Positions 52,797 to 64,000 of a DNA stretch of 64,000 bases are shown here, one piece after another. Every line of letters begins with the position of its first letter. Positions within the stretch are counted from its first letter, which is position 1. Source of the stretch: Prasinococcaceae sp. CCMP 1430 (lineage: Eukaryota; Plantae; Prasinodermophyta); contig RQSC01000007.1 in the NCBI GenBank assembly GCA_013416795.1, forward strand, positions 41,516 to 105,515, in the 5' to 3' direction. A model generated the notes under the pieces. The model had not been told where the DNA came from, did not search any database, and saw nothing but the letters and a program-made list of their open reading frames with translations. A program made the position numbers and the translations under genes.

Positions 52797-55700
52797 CTAG
52801 ATGGACGCGAGGCCAAGTGCGCGCTCGAGCGCTTTCAGCGCCACACCGCCGAGCGGCGGCAGCGCATGAGAGGGCACGTCTCGCACGTCGGCCGCGATTC
52901 CGCGTGCGAGCGCGGCAGCGAGCGCGCCGCTGCCTCGCGCAGCGGCCGCGGCTTCAGCGTCAGGCAATCCACTGCCCGCCGCCATCGCCGCGTCGTCCGC
53001 CGTCGCAGCGACGCCGAGGATCCTGTCGAGCGCTCCAATGGGCGCCTCTGCCTCGCCTGGGGGCGCGCCCGCTGCGGCCTCAACCTCTTCGGCAGGGCCC
53101 GCCTCGTTGCTGCTCAGCACCACGAGCTCGCGCGATGCCAGGGAGACCACCAGGTCAGCCTCAGCGATCTCCTCCCCCTCGAGATCCTCGCCCTCCTCCG
53201 CGTCGGCGTCGGCGTCGGTGCCATCTCCATCCGACACGGCCGCGGCGCGAGCCAATGCCGGCGCGTACGCGAGTGCAGCCGGCGGCGCGCGCGCGCACCG
53301 CCACGCCTTCACTGGCGCCGCCGTGGCGACGTCCATAAGCAGGATGTGACCAAGCGAGTGAACGGGCGCAGAGCCCGCGGCTGAGCCAGTGCCTGTATCC
53401 TTGCCCCCACTTCCAGCGTCGCCGACGGCGGCGGCGATGGTGCCTCCCGCGGTGACCGCCACCGCCAGCAGCGGCGCGTGCGGTGCCGGCGCAATGCCCA
53501 CCACGTCCATGGTGTAGCTCCACCAAACGGAGCGCGTGAGCAGATCCCACACCACGAGGCGACCGCCCTTCGCCTCAGCCGCCGCGAGGTAAGGCGTGCC
53601 GCTCACAAATGCGAGCTGCACAACCGCGCGCTCGCGCCCGCCCGCGGGCGCCGCGGCGAGCGTCGCGCGCGGGGAGGCGTTGCGCGCGTCCCACAGCGCA
53701 ACGCACGCGCCGGCCGCCCCCGCCAGCAGCGAGCCGTCCCACGAGAACGCGCCGGCGCCCATCGGCTCGCCGCGGTGCGACATCGACGACCGGCAGCCCC
53801 ACGCCGGCAGTGCCTTCTCGCCCGCGGCGGCGACGCCCTGCGCCTCCCACACCTTGAGCGTGCCGTCTTTGGAGGTGGTGGCAGCCATTCGCGACCCGGG
53901 GTGGAACGAGAGCGAGGTGACGCGGCGACGATGCGGCGTGTCCACTCGTGTGGCGAGCTCCCACGCATCGGCGGGCGCACCCTCGCGGCGGTGCCACAGT
54001 TTGAGGCAATACTCGTTGCGCGCGGCGCCCACGGCGGGGCGAACCTCGACGGTGGCCAGCGTCCGCGCGTCGGGGGACACGCCCGCGGCGGCCACGCGCA
54101 CGTCGCGCAACGTCTCCTCCTCCTCGGCGGCGTCGGTGGCGGCGCGTTTGGCCCCCTTGGCGCTAGCCTCGGCCGCGCGGGCGGGCGCGCGGCACGCCAC
54201 GCGCACCTCGCCCACGTGCGAGCCGCGCCGTGGCTCGTACATCTGCAACGCGCAGTGCGGTGCGGCGAGCACCGCGCAGCGCGCCCCCGCGTCCCACGCC
54301 AGCGGTGCGCGCAGCCAGTACGGGTCGTCCGGCCAGCGCCGGCCCGCCGCGGCGCTCACGAATTCGCCGCCGCTCCGCGCGAGCGCCTGCTGCGCCTGCT
54401 GCTGGTCGAGTGACTGCTGCTGCGCCTCCGTCCTCGCCGGCGCGGGCCTGAGCCCCGTCACGGCGGCAACGACGCGCATAGTCGCCGTGGAAACAACGCG
54501 CACGGCGTTGTCGCCGCAGCACAGCGCGTACGCCGCGCCGTCCGCCGGCGAGCGCGCCGCCGCCAGCAGCGCGCCGCCCAGTCGCGGCAGGAAGCTCACC
54601 GGCGTGGGGCCGCCCTCGAGGCGCCAGCGCACTAGCACGGCCTCCGCCCCGCCCGAGAGCAGCTCCGCGCCGTCCTGCGTGAACGTCAGGCAGCCCACGG
54701 GGCCCGCATGCCAGCGCACCGTCGTGCACGCCGCCGATGCGCTCACGCTGTCACCCCCCGCCTCCGCGCCGCCGCTGCCACCACCGCTGCCCGCGCCCGC
54801 ATCGACGTCCATCGCCCCAGCGCGAGCGCCGGCGCCGGCCACCGCGGCATCGCCGAGCGCGTGCCAGAGCAGCACGCGGCCCGTGGCGTCGCCAACCGCC
54901 AGCCGCGAGTCGTCCTCGTCGAAGGCGAGGCACGTGAGCTCCTTGGTGTGGCGCATGGCGATCACTGGCGACTCGGCGCCGCTCGCGCCCGCGCCCGCAC
55001 TACCATGTGCGGCGCCCAGCCGCCAGAGGAGCACGCGCCGCCGCACGAGCGCGCCCAGCCACGTGCCCCCAGGTGAGGTGAGCAGCGTGTGCGGCGCGGC
55101 GCCCTTTGTCTTGGCCATGACGGCCGTCGCGCGGCCCGTCGCGAGGTCCACCTGCAGCACGCGCCCCGATGCCGATGCGCTCACATCCAGGCCCGCCGTC
55201 GCCGCGGCCGACGAGTCCGCCGCCGCCGCGAACGCCGCCGCCGAAGCCACCGCGCCGCCATCCACGCCTCCTGATCCTCCCCCCTTTCCCTTTCTCCGCG
55301 CCTTCCTGCCACCTCCCGCTCCGCCACTGCCGCCTGAGTCCCCCGCGCCCGCCCCCTTGCCGCCGTCCGCGCCCTGTGCGCCTGGCGCGGCCTTGAGCCA
55401 GCGCACGGAGACGTACGCTTTCTGCGCGCCGCCCGACAGCGCGGCTGTCGGTGGCAGCGCCATGGCGACTATGGGCAGACCGACGCTTACGCATCGCAGC
55501 TGTGTGCCGTCGCGGTAGTCCCAGGCGCGCAGCGTGCCGTCGGCGGAGGCGGTGTAGCACTGTGCGCCGTTGGCCGGGTTGAGCGCGAGCGCCGTAACGG
55601 GCGCGCGGTGCCCCACCAGCGAGCGCGCGAGGCCGCCATAGGCGCCTCCGCCGCGCGCATCGACGCGGTGCACGTCGACGCGCACGCCGGCGGCGACGAG

Positions 55701-55817
55701 GAGGAGCGCGCCGTCGGGCGTCCACACGGGGGCATGCTCGACGGTCGAGCCGCCGCACCACGCGACGGCGCGCGGGAGTGCCGCGGCCAGCAACAGACTC
55801 CGGGTCAACCCCGCCAA
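52797..55817 (-). CDS. WDR75: WD40 protein WDR75/UTP17 (t-UTP/SSU processome); exact start unresolved
   Basis: N-terminus CGGS...W/F.PDG..L, LVGHRAPVTAL.LNP.N..Q.YTAS.DGT...WD, WH...V..L.F..DG..LLSGG.E.VLV.W, FLPRLGG and LKLW...(W)EL.TRVD.PH. Confidence 0.78.
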   Translation of the reverse strand: MAGLTRSLLLAAALPRAVAWCGGSTVEHAPVWTPDGALLLVAAGVRVDVHRVDARGGGAYGGLARSLVGHRAPVTALALNPANGAQCYTASADGTLRAWDYRDGTQLRCVSVGLPIVAMALPPTAALSGGAQKAYVSVRWLKAAPGAQGADGGKGAGAGDSGGSGGAGGGRKARRKGKGGGSGGVDGGAVASAAAFAAAADSSAAATAGLDVSASASGRVLQVDLATGRATAVMAKTKGAAPHTLLTSPGGTWLGALVRRRVLLWRLGAAHGSAGAGASGAESPVIAMRHTKELTCLAFDEDDSRLAVGDATGRVLLWHALGDAAVAGAGARAGAMDVDAGAGSGGGSGGAEAGGDSVSASAACTTVRWHAGPVGCLTFTQDGAELLSGGAEAVLVRWRLEGGPTPVSFLPRLGGALLAAARSPADGAAYALCCGDNAVRVVSTATMRVVAAVTGLRPAPARTEAQQQSLDQQQAQQALARSGGEFVSAAAGRRWPDDPYWLRAPLAWDAGARCAVLAAPHCALQMYEPRRGSHVGEVRVACRAPARAAEASAKGAKRAATDAAEEEETLRDVRVAAAGVSPDARTLATVEVRPAVGAARNEYCLKLWHRREGAPADAWELATRVDTPHRRRVTSLSFHPGSRMAATTSKDGTLKVWEAQGVAAAGEKALPAWGCRSSMSHRGEPMGAGAFSWDGSLLAGAAGACVALWDARNASPRATLAAAPAGGRERAVVQLAFVSGTPYLAAAEAKGGRLVVWDLLTRSVWWSYTMDVVGIAPAPHAPLLAVAVTAGGTIAAAVGDAGSGGKDTGTGSAAGSAPVHSLGHILLMDVATAAPVKAWRCARAPPAALAYAPALARAAAVSDGDGTDADADAEEGEDLEGEEIAEADLVVSLASRELVVLSSNEAGPAEEVEAAAGAPPGEAEAPIGALDRILGVAATADDAAMAAGSGLPDAEAAAAARGSGALAAALARGIAADVRDVPSHALPPLGGVALKALERALGLASI

Positions 55818-56024
55818 CGTCGTCCAGAGCCGCCGCCGCGCACGTACGGCAGGCCGCCGCCGCGGGAAAGCGCCACCCCGCCCCGACCCCGGTGTTCTCG
55901 CAGTCTGACCGGGTCACGTCCCAAGTACCCCGCCGACAGACCCGCATCGTCCAGCGAACCCTAGCGCAAAGACCGGGGTCGGGACGAGGGCCGAGCGCGC
56001 GCGCCCCCCCGCGCGGACCTCCGC

Positions 56025-56230
56025 AAAATCAAAATAAAATACCGTAAAATCAAAATCAAATCCGCAAAATAAATCTAAATCAAAATCAAAATCCGCGATC
56101 TTTCTCCTCGGCCCGTCGAGATCGGCCGGCGCCCGCGCGCATCATTCCGCCGACCCCGCGGCGAACAAATTCCGTTCTGATATCAAATATAGGTTGAAAT
56201 TGTACGTAAAATCGCGACTCTGCGAAATTT
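56025..56230. promoter_or_regulatory. AT-rich divergent promoter region with (AAAATC)-like repeats
   Basis: CAAAATCAAAATAAAAT...AAAATCAAAATCAAATCC...AAATCAAAATCAAAATCC lies between the head-to-head WDR75 and MORN genes. Confidence 0.5.
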
Positions 56231-56339
56231 CCGCGTTTTTACGCGGGGCGCGCGGCCGCGCGTCGGCGGGCGTGGCGGGGCGCGAGCGGCGGCCTGCGGG
56301 GAGCGGGGGAGCGCGGAGGATAGGGGGCCACACGGCGTN

Positions 56340-59300
56340 CAGCAAGCCCGGTGGCGCGGCCGCCGGCGGCGGCGGAGGGGGGCCGCGGGCCGAAGACGAG
56401 GGCGGCGACGCGGCAGCGGACGCCGGCGATGACGAGGAGAAGGGCGTGGACTGGCTGTTCTCCGAGGCCAAGGAGCTGCTGGATGCCATGGAGAACGAGG
56501 AGGACGGGACCATCGACGTGACGATTGACCTCGGGGGCGGCGCGGGCAAGCCGGACGACTTCGGCGACGCCTTCTCGTCGTTGCTGAAGCGCCTCGACGC
56601 CGAGACGGCGCTGCTGCTGCACGCCGTGCAGGTGGGATTCGAGTGCTCGCTCGCGGTGCTCTTTGCCAACGTCGTCGGCTTGCACCCGTTCGAGGCGCTG
56701 CACGCCGACCCGTACGTCGCGCGCGTCGTGCTCACGTACCTTGCCCCGCTGGCGGCGTTCGACGCCATCGCGGGCGCGCTCGTCCCCAAGGCGCTCGGGG
56801 GCTCGGCCTACCAGGATCTGTTCGCCGCGACGCTCGAGCAGTCGGGCATGGAGGCCGAGCGAGGTGCCGCCGCCCTCGCCAAGTTGTCGCTGCTCGCGCC
56901 CGACGGCGCCAGCGTGACGCGCGAGGCGCTGCGCGAGGCGGCCGTCGCGGACGGCGCCGACGCAGTCGACCTTCATGGCCGCATCCGGCAGATCGCGACC
57001 GAACGCGCCGCGGCCGGCACGCTCGACGACGGCAGCGGCAACAAGCTCCCGGACCAGGTGGTGCGCGCCACCGCAGACGTGCTCGCCACCGCCGATGGCT
57101 CGGCCGCGGAGGTGCTCGCGGCGTTCGGCGAGACCGCCGAGAGCGCGCAGGAGACCGGCCGCGGGCGCACATGGCGATCCCTCTTGGGGCTGGACCAGTT
57201 CGATACCGCCTCGATGGGCGTCAAGGCGCTGCGCTACCAGTGCGACAAGGCGCTCCCGACGCGCCTGGGCTACACCCTTCTTGCCGAGACGAGCACGTCG
57301 CTCGTCACGTTCGGCATTGTCGTCGGCGGCTTCGCGGCGGCCGCGGATGCCCTGGCGACCTACGCCACGGGCGGCACGGGCGTCTTTGAGATTGATCCAG
57401 CGGGTGCCGCGGGCGCCGGCGCGGCTGCGGCGGGCGCCGGCGCGGCTGCTGCGGGCGCCGGTACCGTCTCCGATACGGCTGCGGATGCCGCCACTTTCGG
57501 GGCGATGCCGCAGGTCGCTGCGCCATCCATGCCGTCGCGGGCGGATTTCCTCAGCTGGCTGCTGCTTGGCGGCGGCGCCGGCGTCTCCGTCGGCCCGATG
57601 GGGACGGAGATCGTGCAGAGCGCGGTGCCCGCCGCCGCGGACGCCGCGGATGCTTTTGCCGGCGCAGGGGCGAGCGTGGGGGCAGGGGCGGCTCCCGCTG
57701 CTTCCGCCGCTGCCGCTGCTGGCGCGGACGCGTTGCAGCAGGGGGCAGTGGGGCCCGATGAGATCGTCGAGATAGACGCCGGACTCCTTGCTGCCGAAAC
57801 GCTGCTGGCTACCATGGTGGTGGCCGAGGCTGGCGGTGGGCTCGACATGAGCGCCTCGCCCGACGAGGACACGCCGAAGAACCTCGACCAGACCATGGAG
57901 TTCGCCAAGTACAACCTCGGGGGAGCGATCGCGGGCTCGCCCATGGAGGAATCCAAGGCTGCCACGTCTACCACAACACCTGATTCGCAGCGGGAGCAGG
58001 ATGCCGAGGGTGCGGGCGGGCTCGCGAATGTCGGCCAAGAGTTTGGCGCCTGGTGGTGGGAGTACCTTGCTCGCGGGCTGGTGCCGCGCTCGGACTTCGT
58101 GAACGCCCTCAACGTTCGCAATGCATTGAAGATCGCCATGATGGGCCTCGCGTACGTGGACACCGACTTCAACCTGCTTGCGCCTCTGGGAGTGGGCTTC
58201 GTGGCGGAATCGTTGCTGAGGGAATACTCGGCCGGGCGGACGCGCAATGCCGTGCCGAGGCGAATGTACTTCGACGGCGGCGCGGTGTACGAAGGTCCGC
58301 TGGTGGCGGGGGCGCCGCAGGGCGTGGGGCTGTACTCCAATTGCGGCATCACGGCACCGCGCGCGAGGCTTGTTGCGGGGCGGGCTGCGCTGGGTGGCCT
58401 CGCGCTTCTCCTTCGCTCGGCGGAGCTGCGCTACGTGGGCGAGTGGGTGCGCGGCGTGCCAGACGGGCTCGGCGCTGGCCAGGGTGGTCAAGATGTGAGC
58501 TTCGTATGGGCATCCATCGCTGCCTCGACGGGAGGGCGCGGAATCGAGGACGTCATCGCGAACGCGTCGGGCGCGAAGCAGCAGCAGAATGCGAGTGAGC
58601 AGGGGGGCTTGTTGGACTTTGCTGGCGAGGGCAACACCGAGGCCGGCGACACGGAGCCCATGTACTACGTGCGGGGCCTGTATGACGGGCGTTGGCGGCT
58701 GGGCCAGCCCTCGCGCGGGGTGTGCACCCTCGCCCGCTTCCCTGGCGCGGGGCCGATGGGCGAGTCCCTCTCGCCACAGACGCCCGCCGCAGCCGGCGCT
58801 GGTGCAGGAGCGGACGGCGATTCGAGCGCCGGTGCAGGCGCAGGCGCCGCGGAGAGGGCCGACAGCGAGACTTCCACACTGCCGTCGCGCTTGCCGTACG
58901 TCCAGGCCGTTCTGGCGGGTGATTTCGTTGATGGCGTGTTCCGCAGCGGCGTCATCACGGTGATGCCAACGCCCTCGGACGACGCCACCGGCGGCCCGCG
59001 TTCCTCCAATGCCCCGTCCGCGGAGAGCGAGCTTCCTCAACCGCAGGGACCCTCTTTCGCGCGCGGCGCAACCATCGACGAGTACCACGTCGCGCTGCTC
59101 GACCCGCTGCCTGCGAGCCGCGCACCGCTCGACAAGGCGCGCGATTTCCTGCGCGAGGCCGCGCGCGTGGGCAAGGCCGGCGTGGCGGGGCTCGACCGCG
59201 CGTCCGCACTCGCGCTCGCGCGCTCGCGCGCGCTGGGCGCGCATGTCCGCAAGGACGCGGCCACTGGAGAGGTGATATCCACGTACGTCGGCGAGTTCAC

Positions 59301-59772
59301 GGGGCTGCAGTACCAGGGCTTTGGCGCGCTTGCAGCGACAGCGGGTGGCAGTATGGACGACGTGAAGGCGTGGCTTGAGGAGGGCTCAGGCTCGGACTCT
59401 GAGTCGTCGCGGCGTGTGGCGACGACGGCAGCTGTCGGCACCAACGCGGTGGCGGACGTCGAGACTGCGGAGCTACGCGATGCGGGGCTGCTGAGTGAGC
59501 CTGAGGCCAGGGCCAGCGTCGCTCTCGCTGAAGCCTTTGAAGGCACCGACAGCCCTGTCCCTGCCGCGGCGGCGGCAACAGTGCGCGCGGGACGCTTCCA
59601 GGACGACGAGCTGCAGGGGAGTGCCTCGCGCACCGACGTGGCTTCAACTGTGACGTCCGCGCTGCAGCGTGCCGAAGCCGCGACGAATGCTGCGCAGGCT
59701 GCGCGCGAGGAGTCGGGTGCCGCCGCGGCGTACGCGCGCGCGCGTGAGCGCGTCGCGGAGCTGAACCTGTGA
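56340..59772 (+). CDS. Large membrane protein with MORN-like repeats; 5' end broken at single N (56339)
   Basis: A long open frame with hydrophobic helices and several MORN-like units (YFDGGAVYEGPLVAGAPQGVGLY, YVGEWVRGVPDGLG, YDGRWRLGQP, YVGEFTGLQYQGFG). Confidence 0.62.
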
Positions 59773-59933
59773 GACTTTCGTGTTTAATAAATAACGGTGC
59801 TGTGCTTGTGTCATTCGGTGTGTGACACGTTCTGCTACCTTGCTTCTTCGAAGTACACTTGACTTGAAGTACGAAGTTCTTAGCGCGCTCCCCGGTTGAT
59901 TCGTGCGCTCGCTGTGACGGGCGAGTAGCTTAC

Positions 59934-62095
59934 TTACTTCGGCTTGGGCTCGCGGTTGGCGTACGCCTTCATGAACACGAGCGCGACGTACTGCAACTTG
60001 AAGGCGACTGCGATGGCAATGATGATGATCACGTTGCGCACCGTGTTGTTCTCCGAGCTGATAGACCTGTAGGTGGTGCCGATAGTATCGAGCACATCCG
60101 TGCCGTGGTACCCATAGCACGTGTAGAGCTTTCCGAGGCCGGGGCATGAGTACACGCCGTCCGCATCCTCTTCCGCACCCTTGAAGGTGGTGTCGCGGAA
60201 ATCGACCTGCGCGAATGAGGTCATATCCCAGCGAAGCGGGTAGGTGTAACAGAGGACGCGGAAGGGCCAGACGACGTCCTCCTCGGGCACCATGATGCCG
60301 GCGAAGAGGAAAGCGGAGAACCAGTTGTTCATGTAGACGAGCATGCCCACGAGCGAATTCTCGAACATCACCGCGCAGAACTGCGCGATGCACTCGAACG
60401 ACCACAGCGTCACAGTGTAGATCAGCCAGTACTCGCCAAAGCCGGCCGCGTTGAAGTTGGCGATGCCGTACGCTGAGACGCCAATCGCGCCGATAGCCAG
60501 CACAAACATGAGCGGGATCTGGAGGATGGTGGTGGCGAGCACGTAGGCGCCCGGGGAGTACATGCCGTCCTTGACCTCCTTGCGGATGGAGAAGTACTCC
60601 ATGTTGTACCCGAAGACGGCCGCCACGCCAAGAGAACTGGGAACGCCGACGAACCACATCATGAGGAAGAGCTTGTAGATGGCCTGTTCCTGGTCGCGGC
60701 TGCGCGTGTTGAGGTAGATGACGGCGAAGAACGCACACGACATCAGGAACGCGAAGAAGCGCCCCAGATACAGCATGGGGTCACGCACGGTCAGCAGCGC
60801 GTGCCGTTTGAGCAGCGTCATCGTCTGTGAACCGAACGACGAGCCGAACTTGGACTTCTTGGCGTCGTCAGCCGACATGGCGACGGCCTTCTTGTCGGCC
60901 TTGGGCGCGAAGGTGTCCCTGTGCGCGGGCCACTTGTCCAAAAGCGCATCCACCTCGTCCTTGTCCGAGAACTCGCGATTGACCAAGTCGAGCGCATGCT
61001 CCGCGGTTGAGGACGTGCCCGGCGTGGGGTGGCCGATGATGGCCAAGTAGTCGTCCATGCGATCGGTGGGGCCCAAGTACGCCACCCGGCCGTCCGAGAG
61101 TAGCATGCAGTTGTCGAAACCCGCAAAGACCTTGGCGCTCGGCTGGTGAATGGTGCACACCACGATGATGTTGAGGTCGTGCGCGAGCTCCTTGATCCAA
61201 GTCATAATGGAGGCAGCTGCGGCCGCGTCGAGGCCCGACGTGGGCTCGTCGAGGAAGACCAGCTGAGGCTGCTTCATCAGCGCCACCGCCAGCGACAGGC
61301 GGCGCTTCTGGCCGCCCGACAGCCCGGCGAAGAACTGGTTGCCGACTGGCAAAGCGCGTAGGCGACGCAGGCCAAAGACGTCAGCAGAGAGCAAGAAGCG
61401 CGCACACAGAGGCGCAAGAGCGCGCTCGCGAGTGCTGTCGAGCGCAGTAGCAACGCACCCTTGGTGTCTGCGCAGCTCTCGAGGCCCGTGCGCTTGAGCA
61501 CAGCATCGACGCGAGCCGCCTTCTCCTCGGCGGACATGTCGCCCAGGTACAGGTCAGCACTCAGCGCCACCGACTCGCGGCACGTGAGGAACGCCCAGTG
61601 GCGGTCCACCTGGGTGACCACCGCGCAGTGCTTCTGGAACTCCCTGCGCGTGAGGGGCTCGCCGTTGAGCCGGACGTCGCCCGACACCTCGCCGGGGCCA
61701 TCCTCGAGCGTCAGCAGGTTGAGCAGCATGGTCTTGCCCGCGCCCGAGGGGCCCATGATGGCGAGGACCTCGCCGGACTTGGCGACGCCCGAGATTCCCT
61801 TGAGGATCTCCTTGTCCTTCCCTGCTCCAGCGCCGTGCGCCGACGCGTGCGCAGGCGCGGTCGTGCGTCAGCACGAGTGCGGGGCACGAGCGTTCATGGA
61901 TGCAGATCACCCTCCACCAACCTCACGCACTCGCGGGACTGGACGTGCGCGAGCGCTCGCGCACGCGCTCGCTCGCTTCGCAGGCTCGGCGACCGTACCG
62001 CCAAACTTGCAGTCCGCGAAGGTGAACGTCGACGACGCCAGCTGCGCGCCATTCTCGCCGTGCGCTACCGACGGCGCGGCCTCGACGTCACCCAT
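59934..62095 (-). CDS. ABCG (White-type) half transporter; complement(join(59934..61345,61459..61821,61999..62095)), 623 aa
   Basis: Walker A GPSGAGKT, Q-loop, spliced DTK|VGN..FAGLSGGQKRRLSLA, Walker B LDEPTSGLD, H-loop TIHQP and a six-TM ABC2 domain. The exon total of 1872 nt is in frame. Confidence 0.93.
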
Positions 62096-63655
62096 TGCGA
62101 GCGGCGTGTGTGGCCGCGTGAGAGGAAGGTGTGCTTGTAAGTGTTTGGAGGGGAGGGGGAGAGAGGCGCGATGGTAGGTGGCGTGGCCAGCGGACGTGCA
62201 GAGGGACTCGAGCGCGGCTAGCGCTGCCTTGCGCACCGCAGGCTTGACGTCCGTCACGCGGCGGTAGAGCAGGGGCGCCATTGCGCGTGCGGACGCACGC
62301 GCAGCGGCGTTGATGCCCTCCCTGCCCGCGGTGTCGTCCATGGGCGTCGGTCCAACCGGCGTCGACGCGGTGGCCTTCGTGCCAGCATCTGTGGGGGCCG
62401 TAAAGCCCAGAAGTGCATCGGTGTGCGCACCGGTGGTAAGGAGCGTGCTTCCGGGCGACGCGCTCGCTGCGCGCGCCACGAGGCCGTGGAAGCCCTCGGC
62501 GGTGAGTGCGCGCAGTGCGACCGCCAGCGCTGCCAAAGCCTTGGCACGCACGGCGGGCATGCGGTCGCTCGCGCGCGCCACCACCACGCCAGCGCAGGAC
62601 GCACCCCACGAGAGGGGGGCGCTCTGGCCAAACGCGCCTGGGGTCGGCTGCGGCGTGCCGGCGGTCGCACTGGCTGGTGTGGAAGCGTACGGCGTGCCAA
62701 CAGCAGCGCCGGGTGTGACCGGGAAGGGCGAGCGCGCGCCACCGCCACCGGGCGTGCCCGAGGGGGTGCCGCCGTACACTGAGCCCGGCGTGCCGGCGAC
62801 GGAGCCGGGGGTTACGATCTCCATTTCCATGCCCGCCGGGATCTCGTCCTGCGCACCAGGCATGGTGGCGAGCAGCTCGCCAGCGAGCTCGACCGCGACT
62901 TGGCGGCGCACGGGCTTGCCGTTCTTGCTGAGCTTGGCGAGGAAGCGGCCCATGCGATGGCGCTCCGCGAGCGGCAGCGTGTGCACGAGGTCGCGCGCGG
63001 CCTCGATGGCCAGGTTGTGCAGGTCGGCGCGCTCGGGGGCGCGAAGGCAGAGCTGGCGAGAGAGCGCCGCCGCCGCCGCGCTGGTGGTCGAGTCGGCAAC
63101 ACACAACGCCACCTCGAGCGCCGCGGCGCGGCACGCCTTCTGGGCGCGGCTCATGGTGGGCTGCGAGCGGTTGACGCTCGCGGCCGCGGGCGGAGCGCCG
63201 TAGAGCAGGCATGGCAGCAGCTCCTTGAGCACGCACGCGGCGAGCGCCACGGTGACGAAGCCACCGCCAACACAGAGCGCACGCAGCGCCTCGCATGCGT
63301 CTTCCACGGCCTGCGCCGGCGACCGCTCGCACGCGAGCACGTCGCCGCAAAGCGCGGCCGCCGCGCGCACGGCCTCGCTGCGCGTCGAGAGCAGCTTGCC
63401 GTGGCGCGTGGTGATGGCGCGCAGCGCGCGCGCCAGGGACTCGGGCGAGGCGAGGCTGGCGCCCGCGTCGCTTTCGGCGCCGGCGTCGGCGTCCACGTCC
63501 ATGGCGTCATCGCCCGCGCCGCCGCCGGGCGCCGCCTGCGCGGGCAGCAGGCCGCGGCCCGCTGCACGGCACGCGTCGACGAATGCGAGCTCGTCGAAGA
63601 GCGAGAAGAACGGCGCGGCCGGCGCGGCGAGCGCGGCGGCGTACGACGCGCCCAC
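62096..63655 (-). pseudogene. N-terminal fragment of condensin II HEAT subunit CAP-D3 (NCAPD3-like), truncated and read in frame into the ABCG start
   Basis: Segments FLAKLSKNGK..RRQVAVELA, ARASDRMPAVRAKAL and LYRRVTDVKPAVRKAAL match the CAP-D3/D2 HEAT pattern (R..DKAP.VRSKAL; RR..D.K..VRK.AL). Similarity ends at about 62170. Confidence 0.62.
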
Positions 63656-64000
63656 GCGAGCGGCCGCATGCGTTTCGCTAGGCTTTTGCCAATACAGTCT
63701 CCCGTTGTTACATATGATTTACATAATAATGAAGTACTTCGCGCGCTCCGCCGCATGGCAGCATGGCACCCCCTTTCCATGGCGGCCGGCTCGCCGGCCG
63801 GTGGCGCGCGCGCGCGTCCTAAACCCAAATGGATCCGCGCTTCGGTGGTACCGCCGCCGGCGCGGGAGATTCGGCGCGGATGCCGCCCCCCACTAATGCG
63901 GTCTCGGATCCAGTTTTTTCGTTTCTGTTCGCGCGCCCCCGATTTCGCTCGCTCGCTCGCCCGCCCGCTCGCGGCGGTGCGCGCGCGCGCGAGGTCGAGC

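Noticed and set aside
55778-56339. ORF extensions of WDR75 and the MORN protein across the AT-rich region
   Set aside because: They rely on non-ATG starts or pass through a single-N join; the region looks like a divergent promoter.
1-64000. tRNA, rRNA, snoRNA or transposase genes
   Set aside because: No cloverleaf, rRNA-like or transposase/RT motifs were recognised by eye. Small ncRNAs cannot be excluded without an Infernal/tRNAscan search.

Overview
This is eukaryotic nuclear DNA, roughly 70% GC by eye and gene-dense, with about 23 protein-coding loci. It has short GT-AG introns (GTGCG/GTGAG donors, CTGAC branch points), three N gaps and two single-N joins. UGUAA-type poly(A) signals, a plant-type QCR8, flagellar DRC1, a gametolysin-type M11 domain and (Ser-Pro3-4)n stalks point to a green alga, probably prasinophyte-grade (inference). 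No rRNA, tRNA, CRISPR or clear transposase was found. Genes in order: DRC1; kbl and tdh tail-to-tail; a hypothetical membrane protein; TOP2; a PhyH dioxygenase; riboflavin kinase and a Ubc6-type E2 inside an A-B-A duplication; a T4-endonuclease-V-like (MSMEG_6728-type) gene 61 nt downstream of a DUF2256 gene; an LRRC61-like protein; a TTP-like CCCH protein; a basic repeat protein; a ~12.6 kb surface-protein locus; a type-II FG-GAP propeller protein; DNAJC21/Jjj1; a mitochondrial SRP54-M-domain-like/SEC-C protein; QCR8; a bZIP-like protein; a TLC protein; a DHHC-type PAT; WDR75/UTP17; a MORN protein; an ABCG half-transporter; and a truncated CAP-D3. The top candidates for novel biology are: (1) a single locus fusing an M11 metzincin ectodomain to a catalytically dead rhomboid, resembling a one-chain ADAM17-iRhom pair; (2) a possibly bicistronic DUF2256 plus pyrimidine-dimer-glycosylase-like module; (3) a two-gene threonine-catabolism cluster; (4) a mitochondrial SRP-M-domain/SEC-C protein. 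All assignments come from motif recognition; no database searches were run.
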